A DNA stretch of 64,000 nt from Octopus vulgaris (taxonomy: Eukaryota), in assembly GCA_951406725.2 (NCBI GenBank), contig OX597817.1:37386001-37450000 (forward strand), read 5' to 3'. Under the pieces are notes generated by a model. That model had not been told where the DNA came from and made no database searches. It saw only the letters and a program-made list of their open reading frames with translations. The translations under genes and the position numbers were made by a program. Each line of letters starts with the position of its first letter. The first letter of the stretch is position 1. Of the stretch, positions 1-13,634 are shown one piece after another.

Positions 1-3000
1 AAACTAACAAATCTGATAGATGTTCGTCGGTTAATATACCTTTTTATCTCACCCGTTAGACCAGTTTTTATAGAAAAATAATGACTGGCATGAATTATCT
101 AGTAGCGCCATATTCATCAGAGAGCGTTAAGTTTGTTAATTTAGTTAGTAAAAAAAAAAAATTTATTATTTGAAATTACTGTAGCAATCAGCATATATAA
201 AGATTAGGTTCAATGATTAATGTTAATTAAATCTTGTCATGATAAAATAAAGGTGACTCCGAAATTTTAATTTATAGATTTTTTTTTTATTTTTTCTAAT
301 TTTGAGGCTAGGAAGCTTGTCGATTATATCGCTCGCAATATTTAAGTGGTACTTATTTTATCGACCTTGAAAAGATGAAAATCAAAGACAACTTTGGCGG
401 AATTTGAACAGAAAACGTAAAGAATCGGAGGAAATGCCGATAAGCATTTTTTTTTGACTCGGTAACGATTCTGCCACCTCACCATCTTTGAAATTTAAAT
501 TTTCAAATTAGGTATGCATTGAGATGATGGAAAACATTAGCTCGTGGACTAATTTTAATTTAACGAATATTTGCAGGTGCTATGGTTACTGAGGAAATGC
601 ATCACTTTTATTAGGCTTAACTCAATAAAGCATATCTTTATCCTTTTCCAGTACTTGCTAAACTTCATGACAGATGTCACTGTGTATATGTACAAGTCAT
701 GCACACAGGTTGTCAAGACAACTATGATTTCCAAAAGTACCTCGAGACTCCCTCAGCATGTGACATTAGTAATGTAATTACATTTTAAAAGATATTTTCC
801 CATTGCATCAAGTGTGATAGCAATCATTAAATTATTGAAAAATGGATCAACGATTTTTTAATGCTTTAGATTTTATATAAATATTTATTTTGTCATATAG
901 TTGTGTTTACAATGTAAACTAACAGTTCAAATATGTCCGGACGCTATTTGAACTTTTAAAAGCTTTTCACTGCTGTTTCTCCTGCATAAATCAAAAAGGT
1001 TGTTAAAGCACTGTAATCAGCTCAGAGTATTCTCTATTGGTTTGATGAATGTATTTCGAAAGAGTTTCTTCTCTTCGGTGTTAGACACCAAGAGAGAAAA
1101 CTCTTCGCTGATTAGGAGGCCAAACTTTCTTTGTCTTAAGTGGGTATACTTTCCTTCACTGTTTCGCGCAGCTTCTTACGTACTTGTCTTTGCTACATTT
1201 TTAGAGGACTAGTCTACACATTAAAGTAAAAAGTAAACGGATCTTCCATCGATTTTTACTACGGGTATTCCAGGCTTTCGATCGTTTGAAATCCTTTGCA
1301 TTATCATATATGTGGCTGAGTATTCAACAGTCATATATAGTCTTAACGTAATCCGCGGCCAAGATCATCGTAACACAAGATCATCGTACATGACGAAGCT
1401 GGTCTTTGAATTACTGTCTATATGATAGCCTTCCACATGGTTTTTGTCTGCCCAATTTTATTCACAAAGCTCTGAGTGACTTCGGTCTAAGGTAGACGAC
1501 ACTTGTCCAAGATACTACACAGTAGAATCAAATCGTGTTGAGATATTCCAAAGTTATAGACAATATATTATGCACTAATAATTTACATAACTGTTTAACC
1601 GGTAGCCAGCTCTGATCGAACAGATCTACGATCAAAGCCATTCTGGCCTAAGCAAGTAGGTGCTTGCTCATCTTGAATAACACAGAATAGTGTAGAGACT
1701 AATGGGGAAAGCTATACAAAGTAATACGAAAAAGTAATCACCTTTCTTTTACAATGTCTTGTCCAGATTCTGTCATTACATGAAAAGAAAACCGCTTTTT
1801 ATTTTGCATCGCGGTCAAAGAATCATCTTTGAGTAAATGTTTATTGTTGAAAACTGAATCAAACGGCTAAATCTTCAATAATAATAATGACGATGGTGTT
1901 GATATAATTTTTAAGCAAGGGTTGACTAAAAGATCAAGGACAGTACAGCCGGATACAATGTGTAAATACATGAAAAGCGTGTAAAAAAAGGGAAATGGCA
2001 AACGCCAAAAATAGTCGAACAAAAGTCCCTAGAAATGGGAAGGGACCTCCAAGGGTTACTCGTAAAAACCCCACAAATCCGCGGTCACCTTGACATCTAA
2101 GTCAAGTGCCCTCTCCTAACGGTCCTTCTTCAATCTACAAAATAGTCCGTTCTCCCAAGCCATAATCGCCATTCTCATTCACCTTTCAACAAATTTTCTG
2201 GAAGAGGCATTTCTTTTTAATCCTCTCCAATCTCATTTTTCTTCTCAAGTGAAAAGAAAAGCGAGAGAAAAGTAAGTTATATATAAAGAGTATCCGATAA
2301 TAAATATATTTACATTTACCAACTTTGATGAAATCAATAAATTGAGATTTTGGTATTCATATCTTTCGTAAGATCGTTAACTACATATATGAATTGATAA
2401 AGTTACAACATATCAAAACCAGAACATGAGCCTAGTTAGTCAGGTACCTTTTTTACCAACCTTCGATACTCACAGTAGTAAATTACAGAAGAAATTACAT
2501 CGTAAGCAATTAATAACAATAGGTATATGTATATAATGTGTATATAACGAGAATGTATATATACTAACTCAAGCTAAAACCATTAGTTGACCTTAACATT
2601 TCTGCAGTAGAACTTGTCTGATTTTCTAAACATATAGTTTCCTGTTTAATTTATGTCAGTAAAGTTGGACTATAGACTAGCTTTTATATATATCTTAGCA
2701 ATTATTTAACAACTGTTTATAAGAACACCTTTAGATTAATTTTATTTCATACTTTGAATATCATATTCGCTAAATGCGTCATGTTATTTTATTTATTTCT
2801 ACTTTTATTTTTCTATCAAATATGGCAGCTATTTTCAAAAGTTCTATATAATTCATTGCATCTCTAGATGCAAAGTAAAAAGGAAGTTCTTTTATATTTT
2901 ATTCAATTCGCTCAATAATTTAATGTAGTCACAAGCCAATGTAGTTCTGATGCTTATTTCTCTTTATATATCAACCAACTCATACAGGAAATAAATCGTG

Positions 3001-3770
3001 TATGAAAGGCCAAACTTTGGACATGCCAGTATGTCTGTTTACTATTAAAATAATAATAATGAAAAAAAAATTAAATTACTCTAGCTCAGATTTATGGAAT
3101 CTGCTTCAGATAATATTTCTGCTTGTAGCTGTGATCTTCCATTTTTCACTACCCTCTCTCTCTCTCTCTGTAAATTTTTATTAGGAGGTGTTGTGGTGTG
3201 TGTTAACGCTTCTCTGCATATCTCGTAATAATTTGCCTTGTGAAGATTTCAGCGCAGCAATGCACTCTGACAAAGCCCTCATCAATTATCCGCTTCTACT
3301 GCTGCTTGCTCATTTGGCACACGTTACCGTTAGTCCGTTACATAGTTATTCATTTATTTGTTTGAAATATTTATCAAATTCACCTGATTTAGTCAGTCGC
3401 CTACAGCCATTCTGGGGCAACGCTTTCAAGGTTTTCAGTCGATCAATCGCCCACATTGCATATTTCAGGCTGGCATTTCTTCTGTTCGGTTCTGTTTGTA
3501 GACCCATTTGGTTACGAGTTATAAAGGGACATGGTATTAACAACAAAGCTAACCTAAACACAGGCAAATATGCAATTACAAATGTGTGTGTCTGGGAGGG
3601 TGTCACTTCGTGTCTGTGTTTGGCCCCCTCATCGCTTGACAACCGGTGTTGGTGTCTACAAACGGTTTGACAAAAGTGCCCGATAGAATTACTACCCGGA
3701 TTTTTAAAAAAATTAAGTACTGGGGTCGATCCATTCAAATAATACTTCTACAAGGCAGTACCCCAGCATC

Positions 3771-3940
3771 GCCGCAGGAGTGGCTGTGTGGTAACTAGCT
3801 TGCTTACCAACCACATGGTTCCGGGTTCAGTCCCACTAGGTGGCACCTTGGGCAAGTGTCTTCTACTATAGCCTCGGGCCGACCAAAGCCTTGTGAGTGG
3901 ATTTGGTAGACGGAAACTGAAAGAATCCCGTCGTATATAT

Positions 3941-3982
<42 letters not shown>

Positions 3983-4190
3983 ATATATGTTTGTGTGCCT
4001 GTGATTGTCCCCTAAGCATCGCTTGACAACCGATGGTGGTATGTTTACGTCCCCGTAACTTAGCGGTTCGGCAAAAAACACCGATAGAGTAAGTACTAGG
4101 CTTAAAAAGAATAAGTCCTGGGGTCAATTTGCTCGACTAAAGGCGGTGCTCCATCATGGTCACAGTCAAATGACTGAAACAAGTAAAAGA
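3771..4190 (+). mobile_element. tRNA-derived SINE family A (about 400 bp, internal TA/TG microsatellite)
   Basis: Head gcaggagtggctgtgtggtaa...ccgggttcagtccc (A/B boxes) and tail ...gtcaaatgactgaaacaagtaaaaga. There are more than 10 copies in the window. It is preceded by an older 3' fragment at 3590-3775. Confidence 0.9.
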
Positions 4191-4256
4191 CTATACACAC
4201 AGACGCACATACACGTATAGTGACATCTTGTTAGATGTTCCTATACGAATATAAAT

Positions 4257-4470
4257 ATTGGTTTCAAATTTTGGCACAAGAGCTCCAACTTCAGGAGAGG
4301 AGTAAGTCGATTACATTGACCTTAATATTCAACTGGTACTTTATCTCATCGACCCGAAGTTTTAAAAGCAAAGTTGACCTAGTGGCATTTAAACTCAAAA
4401 TGTAAAAACGGAAGAAATGCTGCTAAACATTCTTCCCGGCGCGGTAATGATTCTACCAGCTCGTCGCCTT
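4257..4470 (-). mobile_element. Older SINE family B copy (others at about 295-487, 6457-6612, 37491-38030, 58368-58550, 60040-60252)
   Basis: Diverged reverse-complement match to the family B head and core. Confidence 0.75.
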
Positions 4471-4935
4471 CAGGAATACAAATATTATATGTTAATATTG
4501 GTTTCAAAATTTGGCACAAGGCCCGAAATTCTGCTATTCAACCTTTCGGGGTCGATAAAATAAATAATAGTTAAACATTGGAGTCGATATAATCGTCTTA
4601 CTCCCCACTCCTCAGGTCAACATTTCAGATTAGTATTAAACCTTATCAATTGTACCGAGATAGTTGAAAAGACTTGGGATGAGAACCCTGTCACAATTTT
4701 TCAAACTAACGAATATACTTTTATTTTTAAATGTAAAGAGAAGTGTCACTAGCTGTGGATATTCAGTTTGTAATAAAATACAAATCCGTAACTTTTTCTC
4801 TGAAAACATGCGAGTGTACATATCTGAAACATATGTACCTAACCAAAGTGATGATAACTTTATACATTATTTTCAAGAACACCAAATTTGTCTGTATTAT
4901 TCGCTCTCTGAGTAGTCGTACTGATTCACTCTGTG

Positions 4936-4990
<55 letters not shown>

Positions 4991-5932
4991 ATTTCCTATT
5001 CCACATTTTTGCACATATTTTCCATGAATTTTCCTAAATAACTGATAAATGAAACGTTTTTATATCAACTATAAATCTTTTATATATTTTTGACAGTATT
5101 CATTCAAATTTTTCGTGTTTCATAAGTTTTCTTCTGAGTTATTAATATTTGTTTTTATTTTGTGGGAAAAACATATTGGTTTATTATTTATTTCCTGCAC
5201 AATTTGCCTGAAATGATGTGAAACAAAGAACAAAAATACACAAATAGTACACTACATAATATTCTCATCTATGATAGAATATCATTTATGGAGTGCGAAA
5301 AAGTCTTCCAGATGGGTTTGCAGCAAACGTGGCAAAGAAAATAAAAAATGTATTTCAATTTATTTTGATCTCGTATCTTAGAAGAAAAAAATGAATATCA
5401 ATGACTGGTGCAACCTGCAGTCATTAGACTCATCTTTATAGCGAAATGTACTAAAAATTGAAATTTACCTTTACTAATTCGACGAATATGTGTAATGCTA
5501 ATACAAATTGCATCAGCCATGTAAGATATAAACCTAGAGTTAAAGGAAATCAAGCATTTCGTGGTAGTTATTAGAGCGAATGGATTTTCACAGTAAGTAG
5601 TGAGGGGTGTAAAGTAGAATTCAGTTACTGCAGAATTTATTTCTACTGAAATTAGGAAGCCTTTTCGATTGCTGATCCATGTTATTTTAATTAGCTTACG
5701 ACACGATATTGATAAAAAGGCAGAGATAACCACAATATCCATTTCTTCTCTCAGAATCTAAATTTGAAACCTTGCATATATGTAAGAAATCTACTGTTAT
5801 TGCTATTTCTTGTCAATAACAGATCTTTGAGTTTTTTTTTTTGTTTTTTTTTTCCGAATCATTTCAATGAAAAATTTTAGGATTCTGATATTCTTCTTTG
5901 TGAGAATAGAAAAGCATGGAAAGACTAAAAAT

Positions 5933-6352
5933 ATTCATTATTTACATTTGACGGATATTTATTCTCATCTTGTTTGTTGCTAACACAACGTTTCGGTTGA
6001 TATACCGTCCAGTCTTCTTCAGGTGCCTTAGGGAAGTTTCGAACCTGGGTTCTCCTTTCTAAGGTATTTTTCGATGTTATTATTATTATTATTATGGTCG
6101 CTACCTGGAATCGAACCCGCGCTCTTGACCACTACGCCATATGCCCGTGGCCAATAATGAAATGAATTTTAGGGTTTATAAATCTAATATCTTTCTATCC
6201 TTCCTTAATACCGGTTCCCATATGCTGCTCATATCTGCACTCGGTCTGCTTAGGAGGTTATTGTGTCCTTGTCCTGGCATATGTGCTGCTTCTTTTAGTT
6301 TTCGTATTGTAAATAATGTACATAATTCCTCATCTCTTAAATATAGAACTGT
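5933..6352 (-). mobile_element. Penelope-like element 3' remnant: GIY-YIG tail + tRNA-like cassette + (AAT)n + hammerhead
   Basis: Minus strand 6310-6183 encodes TIRKLKEAAHMPGQGHNNLLSRPSADMSSIWEPVLRK, which resembles the C-terminus of PLE GIY-YIG ORFs. An internally deleted tRNA-like piece, (AAT)n and an HHR follow. There is an 11-bp inverted repeat at 5936-5946/6308-6318. Partial copies lie at 26270-26445 and 48555-48665. Confidence 0.65.
5982..6026 (-). ncRNA. Degenerate minimal hammerhead motif (same family as 26304)
   Basis: Reverse complement: GCAC-CTGAAGA-A-GACTG(gacggtatat)CAACC-GAAA-CG-TT-GTGT. Stems I and III are intact; stem II has two mismatches. Confidence 0.55.
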
Positions 6353-8184
6353 ACTAAAAATATTGTTACTACAATTTGCAAAACATTTCTAGCATGACTC
6401 ACAATATGCAAGGACTCCTTCAAATAGATGGTTATAAATAGACATCACCCAAAACATCAGCACGCCGGGTGAAATGCTTAGCGGTATTTCGTCTGTCGTT
6501 ACGTTCTGAGTTCAAATTCCGCCGACGTCGAATTTGCCTTTCATCCTTTCGGGGTCAATAAATAAAATACCAGTTTCGCACTGGGGTCCCTTGTGGGCAG
6601 TAAAGAAATATATAAATAGACATCACCCAAGATTAAGGTGACTGTGTTGTTTTTGTATAGGAAAAATAAGCAAATGGTTCCGGCCATGCCTATCACAACT
6701 TGTTTTCAGACGGTAGGATTACAAATGCATTATCCATTGTTGTCTTCCTTTTTTGTAAGATAGAAAGTTCTGATTTGAGAGTTATTTTGTTGCCATTTCC
6801 AGCATGTTGAATGACCATCTAGAACATAATCTCACTAGATAGATTGAGTGATCTTAATTATATGGGTATAAGTGTAAATACCTATGTATGCGTGAGTTTG
6901 TATACCTACGTATCTACGATTGTGAATATGTTGATCATCTAGATAAAAATAAAAGCTGATTTAGTAAAGTTATATTATTCAGATTTGATTATCAATATTT
7001 GATTATCAATTTCAGATTGTTTTCCTTTAGCATAATGGATATTTAATGACAATTGATGTACATTTATGATAACATTAGTGTAGTGGCGTCGTTATCACAT
7101 AGCAGTGTGTTAAGTTTAAAAGTCCTGCTGTTCCATTTTAATTACTTAACTTGTTCACTATTGTTTAGTGTTTGTATATTAACCATAATTAAAAATACGA
7201 AGCTTAGATAATATTATCTGTCAAGTAATACCTTTAAATAATAGTGTTATTGACTATTATTTAATAATATTGTTATGAAATATTGTTTATATAATATCGT
7301 TATATAATATTGTTGATTTGGGCATACGTTTCACTCAATCCTTATTTGCCTTCCTCTCAACAAGTTCTAAAACTCCTACATTGCAATAGAGTTTCTTCAG
7401 ATGTCTTCCGTCTTTATGTAGTGCCTTTACAAATTACTAATCTTCTGTGAAATATCAAACAAATCTATTAAATTCAGCGATATAATTACTTCACCGAAAT
7501 CCAAGTTTTCCTTAATTAACAGAAACATTTCACTGGCAACGTTCCAAACTCTTCATTCAAATAGCTAGCTACAATGGCTCATACACAGAAAACAGAACAA
7601 TTGGAAGAAGCAGAATGGTAATACAGAGATATTACAATACTGGAATAAAATGTGATCTTCCACTAGAAATTAATATCCTCTTGGAATATTAGAATACTGG
7701 AATTATTCAAAACAGATCAAAAGGTCATTACACAATACACTACGCCACAATAAAAGGCATTAAGCTGCTTTGTAAAGCACTATCCATAACCGCTACAGTT
7801 CTATATATCCTTACCCCGATACTATAGACGTAGTAACATAGCACACCACATCACTACTAGAGCATTACATTACTAAATAGTAGCATCGCACTATATATCC
7901 TTACCATAGTACTACACATAGCTAAGTAGTAACACAGCACTATGCATCACTACTACAGCTTAATGAATCCCTTCTATAGCACTTATACATCACTATTATA
8001 GTTCTATACAGCAATATTATAGCTCTATACACAACTGCTATAGAACTGCACATTATTTCTTAGTATTATAATCCGCTATGACACCACTACGTGTTACTGT
8101 ATGGGGACTATACATTACTACTATAATATTAAAATCATTTATCCATGTATTATGCATGTATGTATTATGTATGTATGTATGTAT

Positions 8185-8580
8185 GCAGGAGTGGCTGTGT
8201 GGTAAGTAGCTTGCTAACCAACCACATGGTTCCGGGTTCAGTCCCACTGCGTGGCATCTTGGGCAAGTGTCTTCTGCTATAGCCCCGGGCCGACCAATGC
8301 CTTGTGAGTGGATTTGGTAGACGGAAACTGAAAGAAACCTGTCGTATATATGGATATATATATATATGTATGCGTGTGTGTTTGTGTGTCTGTGTTTGTC
8401 CCCATAGCATTGCTTGACAACCAATGCTGGTGTGTTTACGTCCGGCAAAAAGAGACCGATAGAATAAGTACTGGGCTTACAAAGAATAAGTCCCGGGGTC
8501 GATTTGCTCGACTAAAGGCGGTGCTCCAGCATGGCCGCAGTCAAATGACTGAAACAAGTAAAAGATAAAAGATAAAAAAG
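8185..8580 (+). mobile_element. SINE family A copy
   Basis: Full-length match to 3771-4190. Confidence 0.9.
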
Positions 8581-8599
8581 ATATATACACACACATACA

Positions 8600-8741
8600 C
8601 AATTAGAGCAAAGAGAAAAATATTTTTTCGCCAATATGCTGAAAAATAGACGCTGTAAGGGAACATATTTTATGTGGTTACATGATTTAGCGTCTATTTT
8701 TCAGCATATTGACAAAGAATTTTTTTCTTTATGCTCTTATT
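8600..8741. repeat. Hairpin repeat with about 50-bp arms, interrupted just downstream by a Helentron-like insertion
   Basis: AATATGCTGAAAAATAGACGCT ... AGCGTCTATTTTTCAGCATATT are perfect inner arms, extended by agagcaaagagaaaaa / ttttttctttatgctct. Confidence 0.8.
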
Positions 8742-9077
8742 ACCTCCGCCTTCACTAAGGCTCGGAGGGATTGTTTGCAGTCGTGTTTGTTAGTCTGTGG
8801 AAAAGATATCTGAAGAAGCGCTGGATGGATTCAGATGAATCTTTCAGGGATGTTTGGCCTCGTGACTGGAACGAACTGATTAGATTTGGGATTCTGGATT
8901 ATTTTTCCTGTTTTTTACTTAATTTTTGAGCGCGGTCGTGTTCATTTCTAGTATTTCGTTTGGGAGAGCAATCGAGTTTATTTAAGATATTCTCCTTCTT
9001 AAAATCTTCTTCGGCTAATCGAAGAAGTCATTAGTGTTGCCTTGGCGGAGGTTTACGTACTCTGAGTGGTCTTGATT
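8741..9077 (+). mobile_element. Non-autonomous Helentron/Helitron2-type element (HINE/DINE-like)
   Basis: Subterminal inverted repeats ACCTCCGCC (8742-8750) and GGCGGAGGT (9044-9052). It also has a short 5' hairpin partner (ctcggagg), a gtttgt/gtctgt tract, a degenerate 3' hairpin (tactctgagtg), and a T-rich insertion site without TSD. Confidence 0.7.
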
Positions 9078-9151
9078 ATAATTAAAAGGTGTTTTTCATA
9101 TGCTGGCCACTGATAAAATGTAATAATAAAATTTTATCCTTGTATTAGAAG

Positions 9152-9190
<39 letters not shown>

Positions 9191-10109
9191 TTGTGTGGTG
9201 TTGGGTTAAATATTCCTTCTCGAACTTTGTAAATATTTTACGGCGTACTTATCCTTGTGGCTAACAATTAAGCTTAATAAACATCGTTTAACATATGTCT
9301 TTAGCTGATAATATTTTTGTAGCAGCAAATTTTATGTCTTTAGCTTAGGGATTGTAAATGATGAATAGATAAAATGTTGGTGATAATATTTAAAGTATAA
9401 CCATTTAGAAAATTTAGCCGAGGAAGTTCATGACTTCGCTAAAATTATTTTGACGTGAGTGCAGTAAATGTACGAATACGAGAATTTACAGACTGGTGTA
9501 TTTAGTCTCCCAAGAGTTTATTTACTTTTTCTATCTTTTACTTGTTTCGGTAGTTAAACTGTAGCTATGCTGGAGCGTTACTTTGAAGAATTTTTAAAGT
9601 CGAATGAATCGACGCCACTACTTATTTTTTCTAAGCGTGAGCGTCTTTTGCCGAACTGCTAAGTTACGGGAACGTAAACACTCCAACAAGCGGTTGTGCG
9701 GGACAAATATAGACACAAAGACATATATATACACACACAGATATATATATATCAGATGTTGATATATCGCTGGTCATAATGCGCTTCGCATTGTTTTTTA
9801 GCCTTCAAAGGACGCCACCCCGCTGGCTAAGCGAGCAGGCCAACAAGAAAGAGTGAGAGAAAGTTGTGGCGAAAGAGTACAGCAAGGATCGCCACCACCC
9901 TCTGCCGGAGCCTCGTGGAGCTTTAGGTGTTTTCGCTCAATAAACACTCACAACGCCCGGTCTGGGAATCGAAACTGCGATTTTCGTTTCTCATTGTGTT
10001 CAACGTTTTTTTTTTTTTTGATGTCCCATATATGCATGTATATATGCATATAGATGTAGGTATGTACATATATATATGTATAGATGCATATATTCATATA
10101 TTATTTATA

Positions 10110-10714
<605 letters not shown>

Positions 10715-11891
10715 AAACGGGCGGGTTTTTTCCTAGAGTTTTCGTCTACCAAATCCACTCTCAAGATTTTAGTAATCCGGACGCTATAGTAGAAGGCACC
10801 CATTGTGCCACGCAGTGAGACTGAATCCAGGACCATGTGGTTGAGAATCACACTTCCTACAACATAGCAACACCTGCGCCAAAATAACTAATTACATAAC
10901 ATGAATTCAGTACCATGGATTTTGCAAACTTGTGATGCCAATATTCACTTCCTAGATAGATCCCTCTAACAGTATGTAGATAGCGAATCAACAGACTCGT
11001 TAGAGCGTCGGATAGAAGCCTCATCTTATTGTTTCAACACTATTGAACACCCTGAGTTCAAATCCCGTTGAGGTCAACTTTAACTTTATCCTTTAGGAAT
11101 GGATAAAAAAGATATGCCAATTTAGAGCAGTGGGTTAACGATAACGTATAAACATCGAACCAGTTGCCTTGTGTTTGCTGCGGGTTTTTTGCGTTCTTAG
11201 TTCAAATCCCGTCACGGTCTACTTCGGTGGTAGACTCAACTTATCAACTGGTTTAACACCTGCACCTGGCACTTTGGGTGACAGTAACAAAGTCAATTCT
11301 GTTGCAAGGATTCGAACTACGTCTCCATTTTGAGGATACCTTCTACTCTCCCTCCTCTCTCGTTGATTCTGTAAAGGGTTATCAGCGCTTTCCTCCTTTC
11401 TAGCTAACAAAAATGAATCCGTTGATAAAATGATTAAATATTATCTGCTAATTAATTTCAAACATATCAAATATAAATCTGTATTATCAGTTTGACAATT
11501 CTTAATGACAGATATCCATTAGAAGATTAATGTCAGCCTTGAATCTGGTGAAGAATGTAATGGTAAAGCTCATATATTATATTTTCAAACGTAGTTATCA
11601 ACATCAGAAAAGTGAAACACGTTCGAACAACAATCAAACCTGGGTTGGAGAGCAGATTCGTTTCACTGTAGCTGCAATTAATATTTTATACCAAACTGTT
11701 GATGTTGAATGCATCATAGCAGTTTAATAAGGTCATTTTTGCTTCGGTCTCTGCATCTGTTTGATAATACACCAGTCTATCTCATGTAATATTCTTCTAT
11801 TTAGTACAACTCTCGATATATACGACCTATCCCCTCCTCGAACTTACTGACCTTTTGCCAAAATTTGAAACCAACTTTAAAGCTTATCGAA

Positions 11892-12474
11892 GGCGGCGAG
11901 CTGGCAGAAACGTTAGCACGCCGGGCGAAATGCGTAGCCGTATTTCGTCTGCCGTTACGTTCTGAGTTCAAATTCCGCCGAGGTCGACTTTGCCTTTCCT
12001 CCTTTCGGGGTCAATTACATAAGTACCAGTTGCGCACTGGGGTCGATATAATCGACTTAATCCGTTTGTCTGTCCTTGTTTGTCCCCTCTGTGTATAGCC
12101 CCTTGTGAGTAGTAAAGAAATAGGTAATTCGTCTGCCGTTACGTTCTGAATTCAAATTCGTCCGAGGTCGACTTTGCCTTTCATTCTTTCGGGGTCGATA
12201 AATCAAGTACCAGTTACACACTGGAGGTCGATGTAATCGACTTAATCCCTTTGTCTGTCCTTGTTTCTCCCCTCTATGTTTAGCCCTTTGTGGGCAATAA
12301 AGAAATGAGAATCGTTAGCACTCCAAGTAAAATGCTTAGAGACAAATTCTGTCAGGGTTGACTTTGCCTTTCAACTTTACGGAGTCAACTTTACCAGGTG
12401 AGCAATGGGATTGATGTATTCGACTTGACCCTCCCCCAGATCTGCTGGACTCGAGCCGAAATTTGAAACCAATA
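11892..12474 (+). mobile_element. Tandem cluster of SINE family B (tRNA head + Meta/MESC-like core) just upstream of the first coding exon
   Basis: ggcggcgagctggcagaaacgttagc...gagttcaaattcc...gcctttcatcctttcggggtcgataaa..agtaccag; one full unit and two partial units. Confidence 0.88.
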
Positions 12475-12577
12475 TCTTACTTCTACACTTGTTTTCCATT
12501 AATGTGTATTTATTTACATTTTTTTGCATATTCTACTCTTATTCATATGTATTATTTATGTTTGTTTTTCCTTGCAG

Positions 12578-12638
12578 AGCCTGTTCCATTCAGTCCGTCA
12601 CCATTAACCCGACAGTCACGGCGAGTTCATATTCCGAG
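12578..12638 (+). other. 5' UTR part (or N-terminal extension) of the first tetraspanin coding exon; implies an unlocated upstream exon
   Basis: Strong polypyrimidine tract plus CAG acceptor at 12575-12577. There is no ATG in these 61 nt, and the frame is open into the ATG. Confidence 0.65.
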
Positions 12639-12704
12639 ATGGGGTTGACGAGGTGTGGAAATTTTCTCAAATATTCCATGTTCATATTCAACTTCCTCAT
12701 ATTA
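12639..12704 (+). CDS. Tetraspanin, first coding exon (N-terminal tail and start of TM1)
   Basis: ATG at 12639 gives MGLTRCGNFLKYSMFIFNFLIL (22 codons), matching the tetraspanin C..KY.LF.FN TM1 signature. It is followed by a GTAAGT donor at 12705 (phase 0). The acceptor is tttgtttttccttgcAG ending at 12577, so the exon starts at 12578. Confidence 0.93.
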
Positions 12705-13516
12705 GTAAGTATATACCACTTTATATCATTTCCTGTTTGAGCAACACTAAAATATCTGTGTGTATGTGTACGTTTGCATGAGTACGAGTTCGTGTTTTTT
12801 TTATGATTGTATGAAGTAGTGACAGACTATACTTCTGACTGTGAATCATATTAGGTGACCATTGATCCAAGGATGAATACATGTCAGCCAAAACGAATAC
12901 CCTTTGGTTGTGTTATGATGAGTTTGGTGTAACAGTGCACGGTTTTAGCGTTTCTTGCACGGCCTAAGACACAAAGGGAGAACTTAAAATTGCAATCATA
13001 ACGTACGTAAAATATATAAAATATGTATGTATATACATGTTGCATTTATAAGACAAAAAAAAAGCATGGACATAAAACTGGTATATATAACATGCAAATT
13101 ATTTAAAATAGATAATATATATAAAAAATAGCATATATAAAAGATAAATATATGTGTGTATGTGTAAAACTCGTTACGTATAGAAAGTTCGGCTGCTTAC
13201 ATTTATAAGTAATACCTATAGATATTATATAGTTACAAGTCGAGCCAATGAGAAGAATTGCTATATCGTCATTCGGTTTGCTAAAGATAGTAGTTAAATC
13301 TCCCCCAATGGTAAATGTAGTCCTTGATATATTGTATCCAACAATTTTGAAACTACAACAACGTAGGCTCAGCTAATTAAACTAAATTGGTAAACGTTAA
13401 TCGTCTTCACTTTGGATGGAGCGAAGTGACGTGAGCGTCAAGAATCGAAACTTAGATGCGCAGATCGGTAGGATGATACAGATGTTGTATAGGTCGGATG
13501 AAATTTCAGTATAACA

Positions 13517-13579
13517 CAGTGGTTTCCAACAATTTTTATTTAAATGAGTTTTTCCACGGACCCCTTTTCATATGCTTAT

Positions 13580-13634
<55 letters not shown>

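Noticed and set aside
3188-3670. 160-aa ORF upstream of the tetraspanin
   Set aside because: No recognisable domain, it starts at a non-ATG codon, and its 3' part runs into a SINE A fragment.
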